Origin: a virus
Taxonomy: Duplodnaviria; Heunggongvirae; Uroviricota; Caudoviricetes
Length of the DNA: 64,000 bases
Reading direction: 5' to 3' (one strand)
IMG/VR virus record: IMGVR_UViG_3300017700_000784
Coordinates: 1 to 64,000 of that record
In this document: positions 1 through 9,944 of the stretch, piece after piece
How positions within the stretch are numbered: the first letter of the stretch is position 1
Layout of the letters: each line of letters opens with the position of its first letter
Program-made: the position numbers and the translations under genes
Notes under the pieces: model-generated
What the model was told of the DNA's origin: nothing
The model's input: the letters and a program-made list of their open reading frames with translations, nothing else
Database searches by the model: none

Positions 1-491
1 ACTTTTTTGTCAACACGCTCTGTGTTAAGTAATGAATACAACAAATCAACAGGAGTTGTAGGAGTTTCTTTAGACCTTGCATTCATAGTTCTTACATACT
101 CAGACTTACTCTGCATGCTTGCAAGAGCTGCATTCTGAATAGAAGCACCATAAAAGGCATCCAATAATTCTGAATCCTTATTTTTGTATACACCATCACT
201 ATCACGAAGCATAGCCAGTGGAACAGGAATAGTAACTTTATCATTATTATCCTTTTTCTTAATCTGACTCTCCATTTTGATGTCTTTAGGAACATCCATT
301 ACCCTGAACATACTGCTTACCATTTTAGCAGCAGATTTCAGGCTTTCATTATCCCTTACAAAATATGAAGAATAACTATCTCGTCCTGTATCCCAGTCAA
401 AGAGCCTTTTACTTGAATCATAGAAAGTATAAGCATCTTCTTCTTTTCTTCTAAACCAGTCTCTCGACCAGCCTTTATTTTTAGCACTCAT
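1..491 (-). CDS. hypothetical protein, 5' part only (start codon at 491; ORF stays open to the window edge)
   Basis: Manual translation of the minus strand from the ATG at 489-491 (MSAKNKGWSRDWFRRKEEDAYTFY...) shows no stop down to position 1. The ORF track omits it because it is incomplete. Confidence 0.5.
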   Translation of the reverse strand, partial: MSAKNKGWSRDWFRRKEEDAYTFYDSSKRLFDWDTGRDSYSSYFVRDNESLKSAAKMVSSMFRVMDVPKDIKMESQIKKKDNNDKVTIPVPLAMLRDSDGVYKNKDSELLDAFYGASIQNAALASMQSKSEYVRTMNARSKETPTTPVDLLYSLLNTERVDKK

Positions 492-670
492 ATTTTTTAA
501 AGTATTAAATTTTTACTACTACTTTTTAGTAGGATACTTCCATTTATAGGAAGATGTAGATGTACCATATGTACCCATAGAAGCTACTTTTTTTATGGTT
601 GCATTTTTTCTTTTCAACCACTCTAGGTAACTTGTATCATACTTGATTTTCTTATCTACAACTTCCGGAT

Positions 671-1954
671 TTAAAAAGCCGCTATAATACTTTTAACTTT
701 TGAGCGCTGAGAGTTACCAATACTATCCTCAAACAATGGCATAACTACTGCTTGCATAGCATTAGTAAGATCAAATCCATCTACAACTAATCCAGCTGTC
801 TGAAGAGTGTGTCTTACAGAGATACTACTTGAAAGCTCTTGCTCTCTGTATTGCTCTCTTACTTTGTTGGCTACTTTTACAATAGCTATGGCATCTTTCT
901 CTTCAATACCTGTTCTTAGTACAAGGACTTTAATTTCATCTTTCTCTTTTGGATAAGATACTTCAACAGGGAAGAATCTATCTAGTAAAGCTCTATCAAT
1001 AGCATTTGTACCAGAGTACTCACTACCAATATTACATGTAGCAATAAATACTGTGTCTGGGTGAACTTCTATTTTTTGATCTTCTTCACTATGTGCCACA
1101 TCCACTGGTAAATATCTTCTGTTGTCAAGACAAGGGAAAAGAATATTATTAGCAGCCAAAGGCGCTCTGTTAAGCTCATCAAGCAAAACAATTCCTGCAG
1201 ACTGCACATATTTTACAAATGGTGCATGTTTAAACTCTGAAATACCCTCTTTATTCAAAGTATGTACTCCTAGTAAAGCAGACTGAGCATCTTGCACAGT
1301 ACCCATATCCTGGATAAACATCTCTCTTCCTAAAGCTTTGGCAATGTGTTTTACAATCTCAGTTTTACCTGTTCCTGTATCACCCATAATCATGATATTT
1401 TCACCTCTAAGGATATTTCTAACCATAAGATACCATAACTCAGGATCAATGTGAAAGCCAATATCTTCTCTGTTTGGAACAGGATATTTACTTGCGATGG
1501 CACGCTTCATGTTTACACTAGTTCCTGCAGCAGGTGCTCCTGGTTCTGGCATAGCAAATTTAGCATCCCAGTCAATAGTATAACCATAGGCTTTAAATTT
1601 CTCAGCCATTTCTTTAGCTTGGTCAAGAGTGAACTCTTCAGTTCTGTCAATCATGTAATCAATTAAGTAATCTATAAGAGGGTTAGCCTCAGGGCACTTC
1701 ATCTCATAAGTAGTATTCTCATGATATAAAGCAGCTACATTCTCTTTACGAATGTGCAGGTGGTCAGCTTCTGGGAAGTCATATCCATCTGTAATAAACA
1801 CTGTTCCCATAGGAAATTTTACAATGTCATTAATAGGAGCTGTAATTTTGATGTCAGATGCAGCTATAGGTAATAGCTTTTCAAATTTTGGTTGACCTGG
1901 TAAGGTTTCTACCTGTAAACTGGTTCCGTCAAGGAAGGCTCTAAATAAAATCAT
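671..1954 (-). CDS. AAA+ ATPase, MoxR/CobS-like (AAA_5)
   Basis: Walker A 'IMIMGDTGTGKTEIV'. Walker B/sensor 'VLLDELNRAPLAANNILFPCLDNRRY'. Arg-finger region 'IDRALLDRF'. The start was moved to the internal ATG (MILFRAF...) at 1954 to avoid overlapping the next gene; the track ORF runs 671..2038. Confidence 0.7.
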   Translation of the reverse strand: MILFRAFLDGTSLQVETLPGQPKFEKLLPIAASDIKITAPINDIVKFPMGTVFITDGYDFPEADHLHIRKENVAALYHENTTYEMKCPEANPLIDYLIDYMIDRTEEFTLDQAKEMAEKFKAYGYTIDWDAKFAMPEPGAPAAGTSVNMKRAIASKYPVPNREDIGFHIDPELWYLMVRNILRGENIMIMGDTGTGKTEIVKHIAKALGREMFIQDMGTVQDAQSALLGVHTLNKEGISEFKHAPFVKYVQSAGIVLLDELNRAPLAANNILFPCLDNRRYLPVDVAHSEEDQKIEVHPDTVFIATCNIGSEYSGTNAIDRALLDRFFPVEVSYPKEKDEIKVLVLRTGIEEKDAIAIVKVANKVREQYREQELSSSISVRHTLQTAGLVVDGFDLTNAMQAVVMPLFEDSIGNSQRSKVKSIIAAF

Positions 1955-2000
1955 ACTTTTTTTGTTTTTTGTTTTTCTTATTATTATTGTTACTCTGTTT

Positions 2001-2522
2001 TTAACCTTTGAAGTCTTCGATACTAAAATCATCTTCATTATCTGGATCTCTTTCTTTTAAGAAGTTACTATCCAGATTTTCTTTACCTACGATTTCACTC
2101 ATTATATCACTCTGTAATTTTTCAAGAGCGGGAATGTCATCACTTTCGATAGCTTTGTCAAATTTTTCTTTTACAGCCTGAATTTTTTCTTTTATTCCAG
2201 GAGGTAATTTGTCTATAAGTTCATCTAACCTCTTTTTTGAATCTTCAATTTTTTCACGAGGTTTACTTAGATCATGTCCTTTCTCACTATGAAAAATCTT
2301 ATCTATAAGTTCTTTTTCATATTTTTCAAGTTTGAACTTTACAAGCTTTATCATACCAAGTATTTCAGTAGGAGTACCATGTATTAAAGTAACAGTACCT
2401 TCAGGAGAACCATTTTGATCTAAACTTACACCCAATAAAGCATGTGATGTATAAACAGAAAGATCTTTATTCTGAAACTTTCTAATCTCATCAAGAAAAT
2501 TTATTTTTTCTTCTTTAGCCAT
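2001..2522 (-). CDS. hypothetical protein (acidic C-terminus)
   Basis: 173-aa ORF, no recognisable motif. Confidence 0.45.
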   Translation of the reverse strand: MAKEEKINFLDEIRKFQNKDLSVYTSHALLGVSLDQNGSPEGTVTLIHGTPTEILGMIKLVKFKLEKYEKELIDKIFHSEKGHDLSKPREKIEDSKKRLDELIDKLPPGIKEKIQAVKEKFDKAIESDDIPALEKLQSDIMSEIVGKENLDSNFLKERDPDNEDDFSIEDFKG

Positions 2523-2526
2523 GATA

Positions 2527-2853
2527 TTAATCTTTAAATTGTTCTAAGACTTTTATAACTTCATTGTCACACTCTTCTATGACCTTAACTGTAGGTCCTA
2601 GTTTCTCTATCACAGCATGAGCTGTTTGATAGTACACTGTTTTTTTAAACTTGTCTACATGTTTTGGAGAGACATGTTTCATGGCAGTAGCTATACCCAT
2701 TGGAGTATCTACTGTTCTAGTTGTCACATTTTTCTCAAGATTCTTATCAAGTACTTCAACGTACTTTTTAAGTCTGTAGTATATATATACTAGCTCCAGA
2801 TTTGATAAATCTGAAAATCTTGATTCTTCTGTATTTTGTTCTGTATTGCTCAT
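2527..2853 (-). CDS. hypothetical protein
   Basis: 108-aa ORF, tightly packed with its neighbours. Confidence 0.45.
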   Translation of the reverse strand: MSNTEQNTEESRFSDLSNLELVYIYYRLKKYVEVLDKNLEKNVTTRTVDTPMGIATAMKHVSPKHVDKFKKTVYYQTAHAVIEKLGPTVKVIEECDNEVIKVLEQFKD

Positions 2854-3344
2854 TACAAATCAGGGGTTATGGTTAAAAAATTCCTTGGTAAGAGCTTTCT
2901 CTTGATGAACTCTTGTATAATTTCTAAAGTAGAAATACCTAGTTTTTTAAGAGTTACATTCTTTGGAAGCTCCATCATCCAGTCATAATCACGCTCTCCT
3001 ATTTTAGCATGAGGAAAGATAGCTTTTACCATCTTAGTCTCAGTCTTATAATAGATTTTTGCTTTCATAACATGTAAAGTCCTACTTGCTTTTTCATAGT
3101 CTGTAACTATCTTAGCAAGAGAGGATGGAGTCATGGCTGCAATTTGATCCGGGGTATACTCCTTTATACCATACATAAGTCTTCTGTACATTTGTCTTTG
3201 AACTTGATTAAGATACAGCTTATCAGCTGTTTCCTGTACATCCTTAGATTTGTTTTCAGACTTTGCCTGATAACTGTCAGAGTATTTCTGGCGTTTACCA
3301 ATACCTTGATTTACAGCAGTAATAGTGTTATTTCCTTTCTTCAT
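2853..3344 (-). CDS. hypothetical protein
   Basis: 163-aa ORF whose stop overlaps the upstream gene's start (ATGA-type junction). Confidence 0.45.
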   Translation of the reverse strand: MKKGNNTITAVNQGIGKRQKYSDSYQAKSENKSKDVQETADKLYLNQVQRQMYRRLMYGIKEYTPDQIAAMTPSSLAKIVTDYEKASRTLHVMKAKIYYKTETKMVKAIFPHAKIGERDYDWMMELPKNVTLKKLGISTLEIIQEFIKRKLLPRNFLTITPDL

Positions 3345-3355
3345 TTTTGAAAAGA

Positions 3356-3505
3356 TTAATGGTTTACCGTACCAATACTAGTAAGGTATTTGTTGGAATA
3401 AATAACCAACTGTGCATCCTGCCATATGCTTTTTGCATATTCTTTTTTTACACCTAAAAGTGTGTAGAAGTCCTTATTGGTCTCCCACCAGAGTTCAAAG
3501 TCCAT
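3356..3505 (-). CDS. small hypothetical protein (49 aa)
   Basis: Manual translation MDFELWWETNKDFYTLLGVKKEYAKSIWQDAQLVIYSNKYLTSIGTVNH; it fills a 160-nt gap. Below the ORF-track length cut-off. Confidence 0.25.
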   Translation of the reverse strand: MDFELWWETNKDFYTLLGVKKEYAKSIWQDAQLVIYSNKYLTSIGTVNH

Positions 3506-3506
3506 A

Positions 3507-4259
3507 TTATCCTGAATTTATCATCATATTTATATAAGATTGTTCACCTGCAGAAAGCTTAGTAATAGAAGATTTAAAACCATGAGTATCTACACATAAT
3601 ATATCAGGTTTATCAAAATCTACTTCAAGGCTTTTTAAATCAGGTATTAGTGTGAGTGTTTCAGTAAGAGTTTTTTTAAGTTCCTCTGTAAATACATATC
3701 CATTAAACTTTATAAGAGCCTGTTCACAGAACATTACATCATAAAGCTTATACATGCTACATAATTTCATAAGACTATCCTGATCCATACTAGCCATAGT
3801 AGCTTTTACTCCAGTCATGTTTTTAACCTTCATGTATTGAACTATATCATCAAACTTCCTGGTAGCTCCACTCATATATACTATAGGAGACTGAGGATCT
3901 ACATCTTCATCTATGTCTAGTTCTACATTGTTTACTATACCTCCTTGAAGAACAATTCTTATAGTACCATTTTCATGGTAAGTTTCAACTTTACCTGTAA
4001 AATCAGGTTCATCAAAACATGTATCTATAATAAACTGCGCTTCTTTTCTGGCATCAAAAGGAACTGAATGTGCTTTTCCTACAAGATAACAGTTACCTAA
4101 TAAGGATAAACCCCAGGTAAACTTGAGTATAAGTGATTTACCTGTACCATTCATACCACAAAGTAATGTAAGATGATTATAATCCATCTTTTCATAATTC
4201 ATAGCAGGAGTAGTCAAGTTCATAGTCATATTTTTTATATGTCCTAAGTTTTTTTTCAT
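3507..4259 (-). CDS. P-loop NTPase with ABC/SMC-like signature motif
   Basis: Walker A 'LLCGMNGTGKSLI' near the N-terminus. 'LSAGEQ' (LSGGQ-like) sits four residues from the C-terminus, and no canonical Walker B follows. Confidence 0.55.
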   Translation of the reverse strand: MKKNLGHIKNMTMNLTTPAMNYEKMDYNHLTLLCGMNGTGKSLILKFTWGLSLLGNCYLVGKAHSVPFDARKEAQFIIDTCFDEPDFTGKVETYHENGTIRIVLQGGIVNNVELDIDEDVDPQSPIVYMSGATRKFDDIVQYMKVKNMTGVKATMASMDQDSLMKLCSMYKLYDVMFCEQALIKFNGYVFTEELKKTLTETLTLIPDLKSLEVDFDKPDILCVDTHGFKSSITKLSAGEQSYINMMINSG

Positions 4260-4564
4260 AATAAATCCGGATAATCTTCGCAGTCTTTTATAATACTTAT
4301 GAGTCTTGTACCAAAAGCCTCTCGTAATACAAGCTTGTCAAGATCAATATCATACTGAGGATGTTCCTGATAAGTCATATCAAAAAAGTGATAAACTTCT
4401 TCTGTATCAGAGTGCAGTACTAAACATGCATCTTTGTTAACATGATACTCAATAATGATATTATCAGGAATACTGCTTTTTACTTTGGTATTCGTCTGTA
4501 CCAGGGAGTAATGCTTCTGGATCTCGTCTCCCAGTAGTATCACTTCCTTTAATGTTGCATCCAT
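4256..4564 (-). CDS. hypothetical protein
   Basis: 102-aa ORF; overlaps the upstream ORF by about 100 nt. Confidence 0.4.
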   Translation of the reverse strand: MDATLKEVILLGDEIQKHYSLVQTNTKVKSSIPDNIIIEYHVNKDACLVLHSDTEEVYHFFDMTYQEHPQYDIDLDKLVLREAFGTRLISIIKDCEDYPDLL

Positions 4565-4856
4565 AATAATGGTTGGTTTTAGTTAAATTGTTGAGCTTTA
4601 TAAAGCTCTCTTGATTGTTACGTAGTCTATGGTATATGAAATATTCATAACCATTACCTAAAAATATATTAGGAGGACTTGCGTGCTTTATTGCATCAGT
4701 GATAGTAAAAAAATAGTGTATACTACATGTTTGCTCTTTAGCATCTACTATAACTAATTTATAACTGGCATTCACACTATTAGGTGTAACTTCAATATCA
4801 ACAGGGTTGAATAGATAGTTAAACCTCCTTACTATTATTCCAATTATTTTTGTCAT
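4464..4856 (-). CDS. hypothetical protein
   Basis: 130-aa ORF. Confidence 0.45.
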   Translation of the reverse strand: MTKIIGIIVRRFNYLFNPVDIEVTPNSVNASYKLVIVDAKEQTCSIHYFFTITDAIKHASPPNIFLGNGYEYFIYHRLRNNQESFIKLNNLTKTNHYYGCNIKGSDTTGRRDPEALLPGTDEYQSKKQYS

Positions 4857-4869
4857 AAGATTAAGTTTT

Positions 4870-5613
4870 TTAAAAATCTATATTAAAAGCTCCTTTGAGT
4901 TGTTTGGCAATATCTGGAGCCTGATTTTTGATGATATTTTTATTAACAGTGCTTTTAACAGATCTTGAGATGTTAGCATAGCTTATAGTTTTACCATCAG
5001 ATGTGACTTTAACAGGTATAGAGTTAAAGATGTCAATATGTTCTAAAGAACTATCAGTAATAGCTTTCTTAAATTCTTTATAAGATTGTGGATTATCTAT
5101 AAACATCTCATTTGAATATGTAGTAGTGATTTCTCTTTTTATTTCACCACTTGCTATTTTAACAATTTTTTCCTCTCTAAAGTTTATCTGAATAATAACA
5201 GTAACATTAGGAATATAATCATATTGACTATCAAAAAGTCTAAGTCTTTGTGTATCTTTCACTCTGTCATAGCTGTTTCCGTTGTCAACATTAATTCTTT
5301 TACTAATAACTCTTTTTTTTGGATCAGCTGTATAACTACAACTGTAAGCATTAATATAAGTAGTATCTGCCTCAGCTTGTCCTTTATTAATAACTTTATT
5401 ATCCACTAAGTCCTGAAGAAATCTTTTTTTTAAAATTTCTGTCATACTATTACTAGTATGAATATTAGGTTGTGGAAGCTTTTCAAGTTTTTCTTGAATT
5501 TTATCATAGAGTTCATCTACAATAACATCAACTACATCTCCTTGTGTAAGTTGTGTTTTAATACCTGCTGCCTCAAGTGACTCTGAGGTAAGCGTTAACG
5601 CTGTTGTGCTCAT
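4870..5613 (-). CDS. hypothetical protein
   Basis: 247-aa ORF. Confidence 0.5.
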   Translation of the reverse strand: MSTTALTLTSESLEAAGIKTQLTQGDVVDVIVDELYDKIQEKLEKLPQPNIHTSNSMTEILKKRFLQDLVDNKVINKGQAEADTTYINAYSCSYTADPKKRVISKRINVDNGNSYDRVKDTQRLRLFDSQYDYIPNVTVIIQINFREEKIVKIASGEIKREITTTYSNEMFIDNPQSYKEFKKAITDSSLEHIDIFNSIPVKVTSDGKTISYANISRSVKSTVNKNIIKNQAPDIAKQLKGAFNIDF

Positions 5614-5634
5614 AATTAATATTTTTTAGATTTT

Positions 5635-5886
5635 TTATTTAAAATAATAGCTATTATAACCATTAGCACCATGTGCCCAGATATAATTACCTTGTAAAAC
5701 TTTTGCCATACAGCTCTTACAAATGTCAACTTTTTTCATATCAAGATAAGGAGAACAACTTCTTCCTTCAGTTTGATCTGTAGTAAAAATTACTTGAATA
5801 CTAACTTGATTAATAGTTGGCAGACTTTTGTTTGAACATTCACTTTTACACTCTTCTATGTCACATGTATATTTTTCTTCTTTCAT
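5635..5886 (-). CDS. small Cys-rich (zinc-ribbon-like) protein
   Basis: CDIEECKSEC ... CKSCMAKV cysteine pairs. Confidence 0.4.
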   Translation of the reverse strand: MKEEKYTCDIEECKSECSNKSLPTINQVSIQVIFTTDQTEGRSCSPYLDMKKVDICKSCMAKVLQGNYIWAHGANGYNSYYFK

Positions 5887-5888
5887 GG

Positions 5889-6116
5889 TTATTTTATTAA
5901 TTCCATAAATATTAAGTCAAAAATAGTTTGAACTAGCTCTTTATTTTTTAAAGTAGATCTATGAACTTCAATTTCTATCTTTATACCTAAATCTTCATGT
6001 ATTCCTACAACTTTATTAGGTTGAATACCACATGTTTGACCTCCACTATATACAGGTTTTACTACTGTAATGACTAGCTGTTCTTTAAGTTTTTGAATTC
6101 TTTCTTGAACATCCAT
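5889..6116 (-). CDS. hypothetical protein
   Basis: 75-aa ORF. Confidence 0.4.
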   Translation of the reverse strand: MDVQERIQKLKEQLVITVVKPVYSGGQTCGIQPNKVVGIHEDLGIKIEIEVHRSTLKNKELVQTIFDLIFMELIK

Positions 6117-6118
6117 GA

Positions 6119-6499
6119 TTACATGTAATAAGCCATATAAGTTAAAGGTTCTTCCTCAGTAGTATAGATAGCAGCCATTAAGTCTCCCCAGGCTCTATAA
6201 GAGAAAGTTGCATAAGTATTATCCTCAAAGAGTGGTACTCCCACACTCTGGTGCCAAGGTGCACACTCTTTTATATTATGCTCTAAGATAAATTCTTTTA
6301 GAGCAATAGCATATTCCCTTGTTTTGTCATCTTGTAAATTAGTCAAGTAATCCTGCCAGGTGTGGTTAGGGATACCTTTTTCATCTTTTTTATGAATAAG
6401 ATGTCCATTAAACCAGCCTCCCATTCTTCCTAAACTATTTTCTTCTAAACCATCAACTGGTTCTTCTTCCATATAAGGAATTAATTCTACTACTTTCAT
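6119..6499 (-). CDS. hypothetical protein
   Basis: 126-aa ORF. Confidence 0.45.
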   Translation of the reverse strand: MKVVELIPYMEEEPVDGLEENSLGRMGGWFNGHLIHKKDEKGIPNHTWQDYLTNLQDDKTREYAIALKEFILEHNIKECAPWHQSVGVPLFEDNTYATFSYRAWGDLMAAIYTTEEEPLTYMAYYM

Positions 6500-6738
6500 G
6501 ATTTTATTTCTTCTATGGTTATTTCTTCTAACCAGTGTGTAAAGTTTCCTTTTATGAAACCTATTGCTGTTGAAGAATCTTTCAATTCTATAAACTTACC
6601 CTTCTTTAAAGGAATCTGTTCATTAGGAATATATTCAGACATAAATTCACCTTTATAATTAGCATTCAAGAATAGTATTCTTTTGCCAAAATCCGGAAGT
6701 CTTTCAGAGACCTTAACTGTTCTAAAATATCTTTGCAT
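6496..6738 (-). CDS. hypothetical protein
   Basis: 80-aa ORF with a 4-nt start/stop overlap. Confidence 0.4.
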   Translation of the reverse strand: MQRYFRTVKVSERLPDFGKRILFLNANYKGEFMSEYIPNEQIPLKKGKFIELKDSSTAIGFIKGNFTHWLEEITIEEIKS

Positions 6739-6739
6739 A

Positions 6740-6976
6740 TTACTTTATGTTTTCTAGCGAATAAGAAGCTATTATAGCTTTTTTACTAACGTATTTCCTT
6801 TTGTCAGGAGTTTGTATTTGTATAGCCTTGTCACCTGCTGTATTTAAAGCATCAGACACACAAATTCTAGTAAAGATTTTCATAGCATTTAGTACAGAAA
6901 TATATGTTTCTCCATTTAATGTTCCTACAAACTCTTTATTTAGTACTTCTTCAGCTGTTGGTATACTCATAATCAA
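6740..6976 (-). CDS. hypothetical protein
   Basis: 78-aa ORF. Confidence 0.4.
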   Translation of the reverse strand: MIMSIPTAEEVLNKEFVGTLNGETYISVLNAMKIFTRICVSDALNTAGDKAIQIQTPDKRKYVSKKAIIASYSLENIK

Positions 6977-7142
6977 GTGCTTTAAGTTCTCTTCTAATCA
7001 TCTTACTGGTTCTTCTTTTGATAGCCTTTCTGTAATTAGATTTCTTACGCCATGATACTCTACTATACTGAATCCAACTATATTTGTCAATAGAAAGTAA
7101 TATATTAACAGCTCTTTGAGTTTCCTTTATTTCTGGCTTCAT
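6951..7142 (-). CDS. small basic hypothetical protein
   Basis: 63-aa ORF. Confidence 0.3.
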   Translation of the reverse strand: MKPEIKETQRAVNILLSIDKYSWIQYSRVSWRKKSNYRKAIKRRTSKMIRRELKALDYEYTNS

Positions 7143-7144
7143 AA

Positions 7145-7759
7145 TTATCTTTTACAAATTACATCTAAATTACCATCTACATCTTTTATGAAGATATCTC
7201 CTTTACAAGGCATCCTAGTACTACCATCAGAAAGTTCTATGAAAGTTCCAACTACAGCACAACCATCTCTCTCTTCTGATTTTCTTTTATCACCAAAAAA
7301 CTTAATTGCTTCATCAGTAAGAAAGCCTGGATATATGAATTCTTTTTCCATAACTGGTGTTTTTGTAAGTTCTATAAGTTTTCTCAAACAAGCTAAACGT
7401 GCTTCTTCTAATGTGTTACAATAAGGTAAATCAATAGCTTTATCTACTACATTTCCAATTTCAGTAATACTATAAAACCATATTAAAGTAGCGTTCTTAC
7501 CAAGTTTACCTTGTTGTAAATCCCAAATAGGCTCAACATGTAAGGTATGCTCTTCTCTAAACCATCTGAAAGCTTGTTGCCATAATGGAGAAGATACAAA
7601 ATGTCCTTCTTCAGGTTGTCTTTTGTTAAAGTCCCAAGGATTATCACCTGATGCAAAAATAGGTTCACCTTTATAAAAACCTCTGTAACAAAGCTCATGA
7701 AAGTCTAGCTGTCTTAGAGCTAATGATTCCTCGTAAGGAACAAAATCAGGATTTTCCAT
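7145..7759 (-). CDS. hypothetical protein
   Basis: 204-aa ORF. Confidence 0.5.
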   Translation of the reverse strand: MENPDFVPYEESLALRQLDFHELCYRGFYKGEPIFASGDNPWDFNKRQPEEGHFVSSPLWQQAFRWFREEHTLHVEPIWDLQQGKLGKNATLIWFYSITEIGNVVDKAIDLPYCNTLEEARLACLRKLIELTKTPVMEKEFIYPGFLTDEAIKFFGDKRKSEERDGCAVVGTFIELSDGSTRMPCKGDIFIKDVDGNLDVICKR

Positions 7760-7762
7760 GAT

Positions 7763-8287
7763 TTACTCTTTCCCTAGTATTACTTTAGAGAAAGTACTGT
7801 CAGTTTTCATTTTCTCTATAAGTTCTTTACTACTTAGATTATTAGCCTCATCAAGAATCTTTTGTTTCTGATTTTTTATATTAAGATCTACTTTAGCCTC
7901 AGATGCCATGTTTTTAAGCTCTGTAACAACAAAGTTTGATAGTTCATGTGGTATCTGCTTAGCAGTTGAGTCTGTAGTAAGAAAGTTTAAGGTCTGTCCT
8001 CCGGCAACTATTAACAATGCATCTCTCTTATTAGGAGTAAGTACAAGTAATGCCCACCATAAGAACATAAAAGGATAGCTCCATTTCATCCATCTTCTTG
8101 CAGCATTAGCTGCTTCACCTGCATCTTTGTCACCACCAAATTCTTTAGCTCTGGCACATATATTTATTATAGTTGCTATTACAGCAATAGCTGTAAAAAT
8201 ACCTGCTCCCCAGCCAAAAAGAGTTCTTGCATTATCAGCTACTGTCAGCCAATAAAATAATTTTGTGTAATCCATTGAAATACTCAT
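7763..8287 (-). CDS. membrane protein (about 3 transmembrane segments)
   Basis: Hydrophobic segments, e.g. 'GAGIFTAIAVIATIINI' and 'FMFLWWALLVL'. Confidence 0.5.
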   Translation of the reverse strand: MSISMDYTKLFYWLTVADNARTLFGWGAGIFTAIAVIATIINICARAKEFGGDKDAGEAANAARRWMKWSYPFMFLWWALLVLTPNKRDALLIVAGGQTLNFLTTDSTAKQIPHELSNFVVTELKNMASEAKVDLNIKNQKQKILDEANNLSSKELIEKMKTDSTFSKVILGKE

Positions 8288-8292
8288 GTTCT

Positions 8293-8439
8293 TTAAGTTT
8301 TAGTTATTACTCTAGCTTTTAGTCCTCTGGTTCTTTTGTTGAACTTTCCGGAACTTACTTTTCTTCCACCATCCAACTTATCACCTTTACCATCTACAGT
8401 AAAGAAGATTTTTCTCTTACCTTTTTTTTCTCCAGCCAT
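8293..8439 (-). CDS. small basic protein (48 aa)
   Basis: Manual translation MAGEKKGKRKIFFTVDGKGDKLDGGRKVSSGKFNKRTRGLKARVITKT. Below the ORF-track cut-off. Confidence 0.3.
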   Translation of the reverse strand: MAGEKKGKRKIFFTVDGKGDKLDGGRKVSSGKFNKRTRGLKARVITKT

Positions 8440-8450
8440 GATTTTTAGCT

Positions 8451-8486
8451 TTAAAGATTAATAATAACCCGGCTTTTACACCGGGT
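8451..8486 (-). terminator. putative intrinsic terminator after the PRTase gene
   Basis: Hairpin ACCCGG-cttttaca-CCGGGT (8467-8486), followed on the minus strand by a U-rich tract. Confidence 0.4.
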
Positions 8487-8495
8487 ATGAATTAG

Positions 8496-9284
8496 CTATT
8501 TAGAAGAATGTATTAAATTTTCTAATATAGCAAGATTATTTTTATACTTATCACTCTTGTTGTAGCCATTTAAGGCTGCAGAAGAATAAAGAGTTTCTTG
8601 AAAAACTTCACTCTGATAAGAGATAAAGCTCACAAACTCCTCAATATCTGCCTTTAAGATATATTTAAGCACCCGGATGTTGAGTATAAACTCTTCATTA
8701 CGGATGATATGATTGATATCCTTGAGGTTTTTTATGGAGTTATAATTTAAATCATGCTCTATAGCAGGTTTATCACCTGTATATTCAGCGATGTAAAGAA
8801 ATATTACCGGATTAGAGATAGCTTCTCTTACAAGTATCTCTTTTATTCTTTCTTCATGTGCACCTGTAATTTTGATATCATCAACAAACACAAGTATCTC
8901 TCCATCTCTTATACAAGATTTGTCTAAATACATGGTATCAGATGATATAGCTGTTGCTCTTTCTTCTTTACTCATAAGCCCATAATCTTCATCATAGGAA
9001 TATTCTCTGAATATCTTGGATTGTTTAACAGTTATATTTTTTTGTATAAGCTGTCTGGCACATCCAGATAATACATAATCTTTTAAGGCATTACTTGCAG
9101 CAGGTACATTATTGTAAGGCGCTGCATAGAATACCAAAGTACTATTCTCTGGGAAATCACAGACTTTAGCTACTTCTTCACCAAAATGGCGAGCACAGTT
9201 TTTGGAACCATGTTTAAAAGAGCTATAATCTTTATAGAAATCCGGAGTGAACGTATCACTTTTAATTAAACTTATTGTCTTCAT
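8496..9284 (-). CDS. phosphoribosyltransferase-like protein (Ter-associated PRTase)
   Basis: PRTase motif 'EILVFVDDIKITGAHEE' (hydrophobic-DD-x-x-TG). The gene ends in TAG. Confidence 0.55.
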   Translation of the reverse strand: MKTISLIKSDTFTPDFYKDYSSFKHGSKNCARHFGEEVAKVCDFPENSTLVFYAAPYNNVPAASNALKDYVLSGCARQLIQKNITVKQSKIFREYSYDEDYGLMSKEERATAISSDTMYLDKSCIRDGEILVFVDDIKITGAHEERIKEILVREAISNPVIFLYIAEYTGDKPAIEHDLNYNSIKNLKDINHIIRNEEFILNIRVLKYILKADIEEFVSFISYQSEVFQETLYSSAALNGYNKSDKYKNNLAILENLIHSSK

Positions 9285-9304
9285 AAGATTTTAGTTTTAA
9301 TCAG

Positions 9305-9943
9305 CTACTGGAGTATGAACTCTACAGCATCACTGATAGTTTTGTCATTTGTGTTTATAAGAAAAGACTTGATACCAAGCTTTCTTGGGCCGTCAACATC
9401 TGTTAAGATATTATCTCCTACATGTACAGAAGAAGTAGAATACATTCTAACATCAGGTTTAGCATAACCTACTTGATCACTGAAACAGTGAAAAGAAGCA
9501 TACTTTATGTCTGCATTAAAAAGTATTTTTTTTAAAGTTTCTCCTGTAATAAACATAGTATTTGAAGAAATCTTTATAGTTCTTCCAGCTTGTACTAAAT
9601 CTCTTAGTGCAGGAAGGGTTTCTTCAGAATATACAAGAGGAGGAATTTGAATAGCTAACTCTTGATATTGTTTATGAAATAAAGCTGCATGTAGCTTATT
9701 AAAATTATCATAAGTAATACCAAAGTTACTGAATAACATTCTTAGTATTTGTTCAGTAGTAGGTTGCCATCCAGTTTGTTCTATAACAGAGTTTAATGTA
9801 TTTTTTACAGAGTCAAAAGCATGATCTATGTAGGAGTCCCCTAAGTCTTTCTTAAAGAACTCTCTAACATAGTCATGTCTCATTTCTCTGAAATCTGGAT
9901 TACTCTTAATAAGGGTATTCCATAAGTCAAAGCTTACTAGCAT
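9305..9943 (-). CDS. HAD-superfamily hydrolase/phosphatase
   Basis: Motif I 'SFDLWNTLI' (DxDxT-like) and motif IV 'HVGDNILTDVDG'. The gene ends in TAG. Confidence 0.6.
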   Translation of the reverse strand: MLVSFDLWNTLIKSNPDFREMRHDYVREFFKKDLGDSYIDHAFDSVKNTLNSVIEQTGWQPTTEQILRMLFSNFGITYDNFNKLHAALFHKQYQELAIQIPPLVYSEETLPALRDLVQAGRTIKISSNTMFITGETLKKILFNADIKYASFHCFSDQVGYAKPDVRMYSTSSVHVGDNILTDVDGPRKLGIKSFLINTNDKTISDAVEFILQ

Positions 9944-9944
9944 G

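Noticed and set aside
4464-4564. Possible programmed frameshift joining 4464-4856 to 4256-4564 (100-nt overlap)
   Set aside because: The downstream frame is closed by a TAA only 6 codons upstream of its ATG, so it is not a fusion. It is treated as a simple overlap or an uncertain start.
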